DNA of 64,000 nt, from contig LKMP01000001.1 in NCBI GenBank assembly GCA_001563915.1, positions 32,001-96,000 on the forward strand, given 5' to 3'. The notes beneath the pieces were generated by a model. It was not told the origin of the DNA. It saw only the letters and a list, made by a program, of their open reading frames with translations, and did no database searches. The DNA is from Nanohaloarchaea archaeon B1-Br10_U2g21. GTDB lineage: Archaea; Nanohalarchaeota; Nanosalinia; Nanosalinales; Nanosalinaceae. A program made the position numbers and the translations under genes. This document shows, piece after piece, positions 9,414 through 17,896 of this stretch; the first letter of the stretch is position 1; the number at the start of each line of letters is the position of its first letter.

Positions 9414-9600
9414 GGGGAAATAGAGAGACTTTTGGATATTTCTCTCCATTGAAGATGTGCGAAGGGAGAAAAACCCACTCTTCCTTCCATTTGGCTTTAA
9501 CTCGGGTAGATAGTGGCTTTGCAGTTATGCGGTCAGAAACTAATTAAAGGAGTAACTAACTAGAAAATCAAGAAAGAAAAGAGAAATAGAAAAAGTTTTT

Positions 9601-10134
9601 TTACTCAAAGTTTTCCGAGTAAAGCTCCTGTGACTTTTCAATTGCTTCGAAAGCCTCTTCTTTTCCGCCCCATCCTTCGATTACTACTTCTTTTTTAGGT
9701 TCGAGATTCTTGTAAGTCTTGAAAAACTCGCTAATTTCTTTCTTTTGATGCTTGTTTACATCTTCGAGATCTTCAACTTTTGCCCATCTAGGATCTTCTG
9801 TAGGTACAGCGATGACATTGTCGTCTTGTTCTCCGCCATCGTCCATGTAAAGAATTCCTATAGGTCTGACTTCTAGAACGCATCCTGGGAAAGTCGGGTG
9901 TGTTGTAAGAACTAATATGTCCATAGGGTCTTCGTCTTCGTAGTAAGCCTGAGGAATAAATCCGTAGTCTCCCGGATAGTTGATAGAAGAGTAAAGTACT
10001 CGATCAAGTACAACGGATTCAAGATCTTTGTCATATTCGTATTTGTTCTGTGTTCCCTGAGGGTTTTCAATTACAGCATAGATTTTTTCAGGAGGGTTAG
10101 GCCCTGTATCGTAATCGTGCCACTTATTAACCAT
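9601..10134 (-). CDS. ppa: Inorganic pyrophosphatase, family I
   Basis: NKYEYDK, LDRVL, YPGDYGFIP, DEDPMDILVL and FFKTYKNLE. Confidence 0.97.
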   Translation of the reverse strand: MVNKWHDYDTGPNPPEKIYAVIENPQGTQNKYEYDKDLESVVLDRVLYSSINYPGDYGFIPQAYYEDEDPMDILVLTTHPTFPGCVLEVRPIGILYMDDGGEQDDNVIAVPTEDPRWAKVEDLEDVNKHQKKEISEFFKTYKNLEPKKEVVIEGWGGKEEAFEAIEKSQELYSENFE

Positions 10135-10229
10135 TGTTATTCAATTAACTATTCGAGCCGAGAATTTTTTATGTCCTTTGCGAAGGCTTTTCTACTGCAG
10201 TGAACCATTGAATGTGTTCTTCCAAGACT

Positions 10230-11207
10230 TTAGTTGTCTTTAAGAATAAAAGGACCCATAGCCAGAGTTCGTTTAGCTACAGTCGATATTCTTAGAAGGA
10301 AAGCTATGAATATAACAAATGGAGCTATTCCAATAGTAAAGCCTGCACTGGTGAGCAGTACTAGGTTATCAAGACCTAGAGTAGTTCCCGTAATCACGTT
10401 AGTATTGATATGTATTAGTAATGCTCCTATTACCATCAGAGAAAGAACAGATGCATACATGAGTGTTCTAGAGAGCTTAATTAATTCCCATTGAAAGTAT
10501 AAAGTCTTAAAATGTTCTCTTGTAGGACCGAAAAAAGTTAGCAGATCAAGTAGTTGGTCGATTGTTTCATTTTTATCTTTTGAAAGTTCTGTGTTGTAAT
10601 CTGCCTGTATTTGGCGTAGCTGGTTTATCTTCTCAGAATAATTGAAGTTTAGAGCAGCCCAAATAACCTGGAAGGTGCCGAACTGAGAACCTTCTAGTTT
10701 TCTGTTGACAAGCTGCGCGTTTTCAATTAAAGATGTAGTGTAGTCTTCAATTTCGTTTTTTAACTTCGTCGACTCTTGATTAGTAGTAGAGTTCAATATT
10801 TTTGCTTGTTCTTCAATCTCTTGAACTAGTTCAAGAATAAATGCAGAAGGTTCGGGAGAAGAAATCTTTTTGTCAAGATATTTTTCAACTTCCTGGCGGA
10901 AATCCATAGAGTTCTGCATACGCGACTGCTGTTTTCCTACTGCCCCAAGCTCTTGAGATAGCACCAGCTGGTTGATAGTTACAACTATTGATGTTCCTGT
11001 GATAATTGCGCCGATAAACGCTGAGAATATGAAATGAAGGCCTCCCTGGTTTTCAACTATGGATCTCAATGGAGAAGATTCTAGATAACTTAGTGAAACA
11101 AGTATTGTAAACACTATGGAAAGTATAACGCCTACTAGGATCCAGCGATTCATTGTGAGGAGAATTTTAGTGCTCAATGTTGAGGAGAATGAATCATTAA
11201 CTTCCAT
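10230..11207 (-). CDS. Multi-pass membrane protein of a haloarchaeal-type uncharacterised family
   Basis: About 4 TM; INQLVLSQELG, REHFKTLYFQWEL and RTLAMGPF resemble conserved haloarchaeal hypotheticals (recalled, not searched). Confidence 0.7.
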   Translation of the reverse strand: MEVNDSFSSTLSTKILLTMNRWILVGVILSIVFTILVSLSYLESSPLRSIVENQGGLHFIFSAFIGAIITGTSIVVTINQLVLSQELGAVGKQQSRMQNSMDFRQEVEKYLDKKISSPEPSAFILELVQEIEEQAKILNSTTNQESTKLKNEIEDYTTSLIENAQLVNRKLEGSQFGTFQVIWAALNFNYSEKINQLRQIQADYNTELSKDKNETIDQLLDLLTFFGPTREHFKTLYFQWELIKLSRTLMYASVLSLMVIGALLIHINTNVITGTTLGLDNLVLLTSAGFTIGIAPFVIFIAFLLRISTVAKRTLAMGPFILKDN

Positions 11208-11320
11208 TAAGAATATTTGGTTCTCTAAAGAAAAATAATTTTATTTCCTGCGTCACACGTGAAGTTTTTCTATAATAAAGAAAAAGAGGTTTTAACTTTC
11301 TGCTTAATGCACCATTTATA

Positions 11321-11470
11321 TTATTTATGCACTGTAGAAGAAAGCCTAATCATAGAAATGTCCTCCACTTGTCCGCAGTCGCTGCATACAACCTTCACCC
11401 AGTCCACGTTAGGTCTATCCACAGGGTTTACATGCAGATCGGAGCCACAGGATTTACAGTTTGGTGCCAC
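11321..11470 (-). CDS. Small zinc-ribbon protein (49 aa)
   Basis: CKSCG...CSDCG; GTG at 11470 chosen as start. Confidence 0.6.
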   Translation of the reverse strand: MAPNCKSCGSDLHVNPVDRPNVDWVKVVCSDCGQVEDISMIRLSSTVHK

Positions 11471-11558
11471 GGTAAAACAACTCGCAAATCTATTGGATGC
11501 TGATGTATTTAAGGATAACCAAACCAATCAAAAAATACGGAGACAGGCCTTTAAACAT

Positions 11559-11632
11559 GGGTTCGTGGTCTAGTTGGTTATGACACCGCCTTGACATGGC
11601 GGAGATCCCCGGTTCGAATCCGGGCGAACCCA
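11559..11632 (+). tRNA. tRNA-Val (GAC)
   Basis: Acceptor GGGTTCG/CGAACCC, anticodon arm CCGCC-TTGACAT-GGCGG, T-loop GGTTCGAATCC; no encoded CCA. Confidence 0.97.
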
Positions 11633-11766
11633 TACCCCTGTGGAAAAAAGAAAAGCTAGTGTAAAAATACTAAGGAATAATATCTTTGTCGATAAAAACA
11701 GGGAAAAAGAAGCGTGATATACCTTGCTTCTAAAAACGTTAGTCACTCAAACAATAATACTGAATA

Positions 11767-11910
11767 GGGAAAGTAGCTCAGGGGTTAGAGCGCTGCGCTC
11801 ATAACAATGATTATGAGCAATGAGGAGGTCTAAAAGCCTTCGATGATTAAAGTTCGTATCGCTTTATGTGAGATACGCAGAGGTCCCGGGTTCGATTCCC
11901 GGCTTTCCCA
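11767..11910 (+). tRNA. tRNA with CAU anticodon (probably elongator Met), 71-nt intron at 37/38 (11804-11874)
   Basis: Acceptor GGGAAAG/CTTTCCC, anticodon stem CTGCG/CGCAG, T-arm CCGGG-TTCGATT-CCCGG; BHB with central helix CTCA/TGAG and bulges TAA and ATA. Confidence 0.93.
11804..11874 (+). ncRNA. Intron-encoded C/D-box-like guide RNA, predicted target C34 of its own tRNA
   Basis: Guide TTATGAGC (11811-11818) is antisense to tRNA nt 31-38; D' ATGA 11820-11823; stem-loop; C' ATGATTA 11843-11849; D GTGA 11868-11871. Confidence 0.7.
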
Positions 11911-11992
11911 TTAATTTTCTGAAAGTATGTATTATAGTGAGCGTGTTCTTGCTTGAATAAACTTAGACTAGAAAAGAGAAGATAAGGGAGGC

Positions 11993-12130
11993 CTATAAGG
12001 CCTCTGCTTCTGCGATGCAGCTGTTATGGCAGTAGCCTTCAGTTGATTCAAGGTACTGATCGCTTGTGAATACTCTGTTGCCACATATGACGCAGATTCC
12101 AAGCTTGTTTGGATAATGTATCCTTTCCAT
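11993..12130 (-). CDS. Small CxxC...HxxC zinc-finger protein (45 aa, not in ORF track)
   Basis: Translates to MERIHYPNKLGICVICGNRVFTSDQYLESTEGYCHNSCIAEAEAL*; GGAGG SD upstream; TTATATAA further upstream. Confidence 0.75.
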   Translation of the reverse strand: MERIHYPNKLGICVICGNRVFTSDQYLESTEGYCHNSCIAEAEAL

Positions 12131-12236
12131 TCTTCTAGCCCCCTCCCAAAGAAGCTGTTTAAGTAATCGGATATCTCTTATATAATCATCCTTATGCTGT
12201 AGTAGATGTTCAAGATTGCGATATTACTTTCTGGTA

Positions 12237-13904
12237 CTAGCGATGAGTAAAGAAGAAGACATCTTCTGAGTCCTTTCTAGCGAAACCAAAGCGTTCGAAC
12301 TGCACTATTTCCCCTATTTCAAGATTTCCAGGTTCAATAAGACCTTCATAACTTTTTCCGGAAGGCATCTTTATTTCAGCTCTCTCAGAACTTTTTGGAA
12401 CCCAATGGATAAACTCTGCATCGTTCTCCAAGGCTTCCTTGTGGTCACCAAGACTATATGAGGCTTCTCCGTCTTTAATCTCAATATTACACAGACCTTT
12501 CAAGCGGAAAAAACCGTCTTTAAAATCATCTTCCTCAATGAAGATGCTTAACTGTCCGTCCCGAATATTAATTTCAGGGTTTCTGTTCCCTCGCTCGGGG
12601 AATTCAGGATGCACTGGGATCTCTGGCTCTAGATTTTCTGGAACTTCGCTGATGTCTAATTTAACTGGTTTTTTCACATAGAAATGTCTATCGACTTTTT
12701 CATCGAGGGCTCGTGTATTGGCTTTTTCTAGGCCTTCAATTGAAGCCTCCACATCGTTCTCAGTAACTCCCATTTCGATGAAGAACTCTCTGATAGCTCC
12801 TGGTTGGAAGCCTCGACGTCTTAGCGCTCGAAGAGTACCACAGCGAGGATCATCCCACCCTGCCAAGTCACCTTTATCCATTAGTTCTGCTATAGTTGAA
12901 GTCGACATAGGAGCATCAAAACCTGATACTTCTACAGTTCCCCAGTACATGACTTCAGGATAAGACCATCCAAAGTAATCGTAAATATATTTTTGTCGCT
13001 CAGTTGAAGCTCTAAGATCTTTTCCTCTAACAATATGAGTCGTACCCATTAAATGATCTTCAATAGCTCCTTGAAAATCTAAAAGAGGCCATACACAATA
13101 TTTGTTACCCGTAATCGGATGATCGGCGTTTTTAATTATTCTAAATGCTACAAAATCTCTTACAGCAGGGTTTTTATGATCAAGATCGGTCTTAATCTTG
13201 AGAACTGCTTCTCCCTCATCTAACTCACCACGTTTCATCTGCTTCCAGAGATCCATGTTTTCTTCAACTCTCTGAGTTCTATATTCTGAAGCGGTTCCGT
13301 CGCGGCGATGATTTTGCATTTCCTCTTGACTTGCCTTTGAAACATAGGCTTCGCCCATCTCAATAAGTTCCTCAGCGTATCTAATATAAACATCAAAGTT
13401 CTTAGAACTGTATCTTACCTCATCTACTGTGTACCCAAGCCATTCGTAGTCTTCTTGGTACATTTCATACGCTTCTTCCAGAGATCTTTTCGTTACAGGA
13501 TCAGTATCATCATATCTTAGAATTAGCTTTCCATTATACTTATCTCGCAGTTCGCCGTTAACAGTCATTCCTCTTGCATGTCCAAGATGAGGAGGGCCAT
13601 TAGGGTTCGGGGCAAAGCGTAAAATCACATCTCCATTATCGGCGTCCTGCAAATCAGGGATTGGATCGTGTTCCTCCACTTCTTTTTCTTCAAACTCATA
13701 GTTCTTTACTTCTTTTTCTTGTTCTTCTAGACTTAACTGGTTCACCTGTCCACATATCTTGCCTGCTACCTTACCTACTTCTGCCTTGTCGGTAAACTCA
13801 CCTTCTGCGAAAATTTTCCCAATTACTGCTCCGGAATTACATTCTCCTTCATGTTCTACAGCGTTTTTCAATGCATACTTTCTAGCGAGTTCTTCAAGAT
13901 TCAT
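12237..13904 (-). CDS. gltX: Glutamyl-tRNA synthetase (archaeal, non-discriminating)
   Basis: RFAPNPNGPPHLGH, LRYDDTDP, THIVRGKD, GWDDPR and QFERFGF. Confidence 0.97.
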   Translation of the reverse strand: MNLEELARKYALKNAVEHEGECNSGAVIGKIFAEGEFTDKAEVGKVAGKICGQVNQLSLEEQEKEVKNYEFEEKEVEEHDPIPDLQDADNGDVILRFAPNPNGPPHLGHARGMTVNGELRDKYNGKLILRYDDTDPVTKRSLEEAYEMYQEDYEWLGYTVDEVRYSSKNFDVYIRYAEELIEMGEAYVSKASQEEMQNHRRDGTASEYRTQRVEENMDLWKQMKRGELDEGEAVLKIKTDLDHKNPAVRDFVAFRIIKNADHPITGNKYCVWPLLDFQGAIEDHLMGTTHIVRGKDLRASTERQKYIYDYFGWSYPEVMYWGTVEVSGFDAPMSTSTIAELMDKGDLAGWDDPRCGTLRALRRRGFQPGAIREFFIEMGVTENDVEASIEGLEKANTRALDEKVDRHFYVKKPVKLDISEVPENLEPEIPVHPEFPERGNRNPEINIRDGQLSIFIEEDDFKDGFFRLKGLCNIEIKDGEASYSLGDHKEALENDAEFIHWVPKSSERAEIKMPSGKSYEGLIEPGNLEIGEIVQFERFGFARKDSEDVFFFTHR

Positions 13905-13953
13905 AAGGAAATATTGACGAAAAATTTCTATAAAGCAATAGGTAAGCTAAATT

Positions 13954-14424
13954 ATGTCCTCTTACTGGTACCTATTTCTAGTTGCTTTAATTCCATTCAC
14001 TTACCCTACTGCGGAGATCGACAACGCAGAATTTACACTAGAAGCTGCTATTACAGAAGAAGAAAAACAAATAGGTCTAATGAATCGTACCTATCTGCCA
14101 GAAAGAAAAGGTATGATATTCATCTATGATGATGAAGATGAAAGAAGTTTTTGGATGAAAAATACAGAAATTCCGCTTGATATAATATTCTTAGACTCGG
14201 ATAGAAAAGTCATTAATATAGAAGAGGCTAATCCTCAGCCGAATGCTTCAAAGAATGAACTTGAAAGCTACAATAGTGAAAGACCTGCGCAGTATGTGTT
14301 AGAAATTAATCAGGGTCTTTCAGAGGAAAAAGAATTGAAAAAAGGAGATGAAATAGAGCTTGATTACTCTATTCGGATTGTTCGTCCGTTTTCTCCGATA
14401 AATACGTCCTCTTCAAGAGAGTAG
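13954..14424 (+). CDS. DUF192 family exported protein
   Basis: GLMNR..L....GMIF, FWMKNT.IPLDIIF and YVLEIN; N-terminal hydrophobic signal. Confidence 0.9.
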   Translation: MSSYWYLFLVALIPFTYPTAEIDNAEFTLEAAITEEEKQIGLMNRTYLPERKGMIFIYDDEDERSFWMKNTEIPLDIIFLDSDRKVINIEEANPQPNASKNELESYNSERPAQYVLEINQGLSEEKELKKGDEIELDYSIRIVRPFSPINTSSSRE

Positions 14425-15674
14425 CCTTCTTCTCGGGCTAACTGTACGTAGCTGCCGAGCTTCTGGATGTGTCCATGTGAAGGGACAATATTCTCAGGCT
14501 GTAGAAAGGTGATAAAGTCTCTGTGATCTTCTTTCTTTGCATGCCCAGATGTGTGAACGTTCTTGTAGAGTCTTACTCCTTCATCCTTCAGTTTTTTCTC
14601 TAGCTGGTATCTGTTGGCTCTACTTGGAGGAGTAGGGATTGTTCGTGATGAGAAAATCACGTGGTCTCCTTTCTTGAATCGGAACGGATATTGCTGTGAT
14701 GCTAGCTTATCCATCTGGCTTCCCGGCTCACCTTGATTACCTGTTGCGATTACTAGCCACTCTTCACGCTCTCCTGCAATTCTATCCATTAGCTGCTCAC
14801 ATTCGTCGTAATAGGAAGCAACCTCTATTTCAGATAAATCTATAAGATCTAGTTCTTCAGCGGATTTAGTGTATTCTTTCAATGATCTGCCAACAAACGC
14901 AACTTTTCTTCTACCGTCATTAGCTTCAAGAATTGAATTTAATCTCTGAATTTGGCTCGAAAAAGTTGTTACGAATACTGCTCCGCCAGCGTTGTAGCAA
15001 TTCTGCAAAAGCTGATTTAACTCTACTTTAACTGCTTCTTCAGGCCTTACTCTTCCGGGCTCATCTACGCTTGTGGTTCCTGGAATCATAACTTTGATTC
15101 CTTCATTTCCAGCCTCTTTAAGTCGCTCAATATCAGTGTTCTCTCCTACTACGGGTTTACGGTCGAATTTCATGTCATTGCCGTAGATTACGCCGCCTTC
15201 AGGAGTTTTCAAGTATGACAGTGTGGAATCAGGAATGGAGTGGTTGTTTCTGATAAACTCTAATTCAAGCTTGTCAGAAATTGTATATGTTTCTCCGTTT
15301 TCTAATTCTATAATGTCGTTGTTAATATTCTTCCGATCACCTTCTAGTCCATTCTCCACAATCTTTTTTGTGAAAGGTGTGCAGATAATTGGACAGTCAT
15401 ATGCGCCTGCAAGCTTCGGAATTGCTCCTACGTGATCAAGGTGTCCGTGACCTATAACTATGGCTCGGACGTCCTTATCCATTAATTCTTTGTCTCTTGG
15501 AATTGCTCCTGTTTTAAGGGTTTGGTTTGTTGTTAATTCGTCTATTTGTTCATCGGATCCGATTACTTCTTCCATGTTATAACCCATATCAAAGATGACG
15601 GTCTCGCCTTCAACTTCGACAGCGGTCATATTCATGCCGATCTGTTCGTATCCTCCGACTGTATGTACTTTCAT
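14364..15674 (-). CDS. rnj: Ribonuclease J (beta-CASP metallo-beta-lactamase)
   Basis: GGYEQIGMNMT, HGHLDHVGA, HSIPD, TGNQGEP, HTSGHA and PSHG. Confidence 0.93.
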   Translation of the reverse strand: MKVHTVGGYEQIGMNMTAVEVEGETVIFDMGYNMEEVIGSDEQIDELTTNQTLKTGAIPRDKELMDKDVRAIVIGHGHLDHVGAIPKLAGAYDCPIICTPFTKKIVENGLEGDRKNINNDIIELENGETYTISDKLELEFIRNNHSIPDSTLSYLKTPEGGVIYGNDMKFDRKPVVGENTDIERLKEAGNEGIKVMIPGTTSVDEPGRVRPEEAVKVELNQLLQNCYNAGGAVFVTTFSSQIQRLNSILEANDGRRKVAFVGRSLKEYTKSAEELDLIDLSEIEVASYYDECEQLMDRIAGEREEWLVIATGNQGEPGSQMDKLASQQYPFRFKKGDHVIFSSRTIPTPPSRANRYQLEKKLKDEGVRLYKNVHTSGHAKKEDHRDFITFLQPENIVPSHGHIQKLGSYVQLAREEGYSLEEDVFIGENGRTIRIE

Positions 15675-15789
15675 AAATGAAAAACCTCGTGTTTTACAAG
15701 TGTTTATAGAAAACAGTCCGAAGCCTAACTTTTTAAATCAAGACTTGAGAGGTTTACATTCTTAAGACTTCCACCGAACCTTTTCATAC

Positions 15790-17082
15790 ATGTACTCAGA
15801 TAAACTCCAGCAAAAACTCCGAGAAAAAGGTGTGGAGATTGGTGATCGGGTCAAAACAGGCAGTAAGGAAGGAGTACTTATGCCTAAACCTAAAACCGGA
15901 GATCCTGATGTTATAGTGCTTAAGCTCAATAATGGATATAATATAGGCGTACAACCAAAAGAAATAGAGCTAGTGGAAAAGAAAAAAACATCTGAACAAT
16001 CAAAAACAGAAATAGAACATTCAGAAGATAAAGATGATATCCTAATTCTTCATACAGGAGGCACAATCGCATCCCGGGTTAGTTATGAAGAGGGAGGAGT
16101 GAAACCTGCTTTTAATCCAGAAGAGTTAGTAGAGATGTATCCGGAACTCGCTTCAGAGGTGAACATACATTCGGAAGTCGTTGCCCAGATGTTGAGTGAA
16201 GATATGGAGCCAGAACACTGGAAGGAAATCGCAGAGACAATTCATGATGTAAAAAATGATTACGATGGGATAATTGTGGGTCACGGAACAGATACAATGA
16301 GCTACACCGGCGCAGCACTTTCTCTAATGCTGAAAGGAATAGATACAGGAGTATTACTTGTTGGTGCACAAAGATCAAGTGACAGGCCTTCAAGCGATGC
16401 TTCAATGAATCTATACTGTGCTGCAAAATTCCTTAAAGAGACAGATTTCACCGGATTTGGAGTCTGCATGCACTCTTCAATAAACGACAAAGAATGCGAT
16501 ATTCTTCCAGCGCACAAAGTAAGAAAAATGCATACCTCTCGAAGAGAAGCCTTTGAAGCTATTAATGCAGATAAGATAGCTGAAATAAATTATCAATCTG
16601 GCGAAATAGAGTACAACTCTCAAGAAGAAAACAGAGACTACGAGAAAAGAACAGATATTAGCAGTAGAATTGGGGTAGTCAAATCAAGGCCAGGTATGAC
16701 GCCTGAAGAAATCGAGTTTGTTTTGGAAAATGATTATGAAGGATTAATTGTTGAAGGAACTGGTTTAGGACACTTACCAGTCAATAGCTTTGATGACAAA
16801 ACTGAACACCATGAAAAAATACTTGAAAAGTTGGAAGAAGTTGCTGAGAAAATGCCTGTAGTAATGGCCTCACAGTGTATTAAAGGCCGAGTTGATATGG
16901 ATGTCTATGATGCAGGGGTTAAGATTCAGAACGCCGGTGTTTTTTCCGCAAGAAATATGCATCCAGAACTAGCTTATGTCAAGCTTGCGTGGAGTATTGC
17001 CAATACAGATTCTAGGGAGGAGGCTTTGAAGCTTTTTCAAGAGGATGTTAATGGGGAGCTTACAGAGAGGTCGATGATATAG
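15790..17082 (+). CDS. gatD: Glu-tRNA(Gln) amidotransferase subunit D
   Basis: KLNNGYNIG, TGGTIASRV, HGTDTM, GAQRSSDRPSSD and RKMHTSRR. Confidence 0.96.
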   Translation: MYSDKLQQKLREKGVEIGDRVKTGSKEGVLMPKPKTGDPDVIVLKLNNGYNIGVQPKEIELVEKKKTSEQSKTEIEHSEDKDDILILHTGGTIASRVSYEEGGVKPAFNPEELVEMYPELASEVNIHSEVVAQMLSEDMEPEHWKEIAETIHDVKNDYDGIIVGHGTDTMSYTGAALSLMLKGIDTGVLLVGAQRSSDRPSSDASMNLYCAAKFLKETDFTGFGVCMHSSINDKECDILPAHKVRKMHTSRREAFEAINADKIAEINYQSGEIEYNSQEENRDYEKRTDISSRIGVVKSRPGMTPEEIEFVLENDYEGLIVEGTGLGHLPVNSFDDKTEHHEKILEKLEEVAEKMPVVMASQCIKGRVDMDVYDAGVKIQNAGVFSARNMHPELAYVKLAWSIANTDSREEALKLFQEDVNGELTERSMI

Positions 17083-17372
17083 TGGATAGAATACTCGATG
17101 AGTTTGATAAAAAAGCAAAAGAGTTCCTAGACAAGGGCAGGCCTGATAGGCTGAGAAATATTTTAAGAGAGTATGCTATGTGCGTAGCTTATGAAACAGG
17201 AGAAGAGCTTGAAAATCCGTCTCGGTTTCTTAGAATGACTGGTATAGACTTTGAAAACATTGACAACTTTACTGAGTATAGAGTAGCCAAATCTGTTATT
17301 AGATCAGAAATCAGAAAAAAGAAGGGCGATAGCTACTTCACAAAACTCAGAAAGAAGGTGTCAGATAGATGA
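17082..17372 (+). CDS. Hypothetical protein
   Basis: 96 aa, overlaps both neighbours (translational coupling). Confidence 0.65.
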   Translation: MDRILDEFDKKAKEFLDKGRPDRLRNILREYAMCVAYETGEELENPSRFLRMTGIDFENIDNFTEYRVAKSVIRSEIRKKKGDSYFTKLRKKVSDR

Positions 17373-17896
17373 AGATCTATGGGGTTACTGGAATGCCTTT
17401 AGCAGGTAAAACAACTGTAGCAGACATAATAGCTGTACGAGGTTTCCAAAAAATTGACATGGGTGATGTGGTGAGAAAAGAGATGAGCGATAGAAATATT
17501 TCTGCTGGCGAAACAGGAAAGTTTGTGAACCAGCAAAGAGAAAAACGAGGTAGAAGCGCTATAGCAAAGCTTACTGTGCCGTATATAGAACGAACAGATT
17601 CGGATGTCGTGATTACAGGGATGAGAGGTCTTTCTGAGAAAAAGCACTTTGAGAAAGATTTAGGTACAGAAATCGAAATGATAGCTGTATGGACATCTCC
17701 CAAAAAACGCAAAGAAAGAAGAGAAAAAAGAATGAGGGAGGAAGATAGAAAGGGTCAAGACTTTCACTCAAGAGATTTAAGAGAGCTGGAAAATGGGGTA
17801 GGAAAACTTATGGCATTAAGCGATCATGTTATTGTCAATGAAGATATTTCAATAGAAAAACTTGAGGAGAAAGTTGATCAATTACTTGAGGCATGA
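17369..17896 (+). CDS. P-loop nucleotide kinase (UPF0200 / dephospho-CoA kinase-like)
   Basis: GVTGMPLAGKTT, MGDVVR and RDLRELENGVG. Confidence 0.85.
   Translation: MKIYGVTGMPLAGKTTVADIIAVRGFQKIDMGDVVRKEMSDRNISAGETGKFVNQQREKRGRSAIAKLTVPYIERTDSDVVITGMRGLSEKKHFEKDLGTEIEMIAVWTSPKKRKERREKRMREEDRKGQDFHSRDLRELENGVGKLMALSDHVIVNEDISIEKLEEKVDQLLEA

Noticed and set aside
9455-9487. Archaeal SECIS-like GAA-GGG-loop-CCC-A just after the TGA stop of xpb
   Set aside because: The lower stem does not close next to the motif, xpb is complete at the TGA, and no selenoprotein candidate is present.
9411-9545. 5S rRNA, SRP RNA or RNase P RNA
   Set aside because: No CCGAAC loop, no properly closed GGAA helix-8 motif and no GAGGAAnnUCC; kept only as an unassigned structured element.
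11855-11860. Second guide CGTATC complementary to the 3' splice junction (GATACG)
   Set aside because: Only 6 bp, and its distance to the GTGA box does not put position 39 at N+5.
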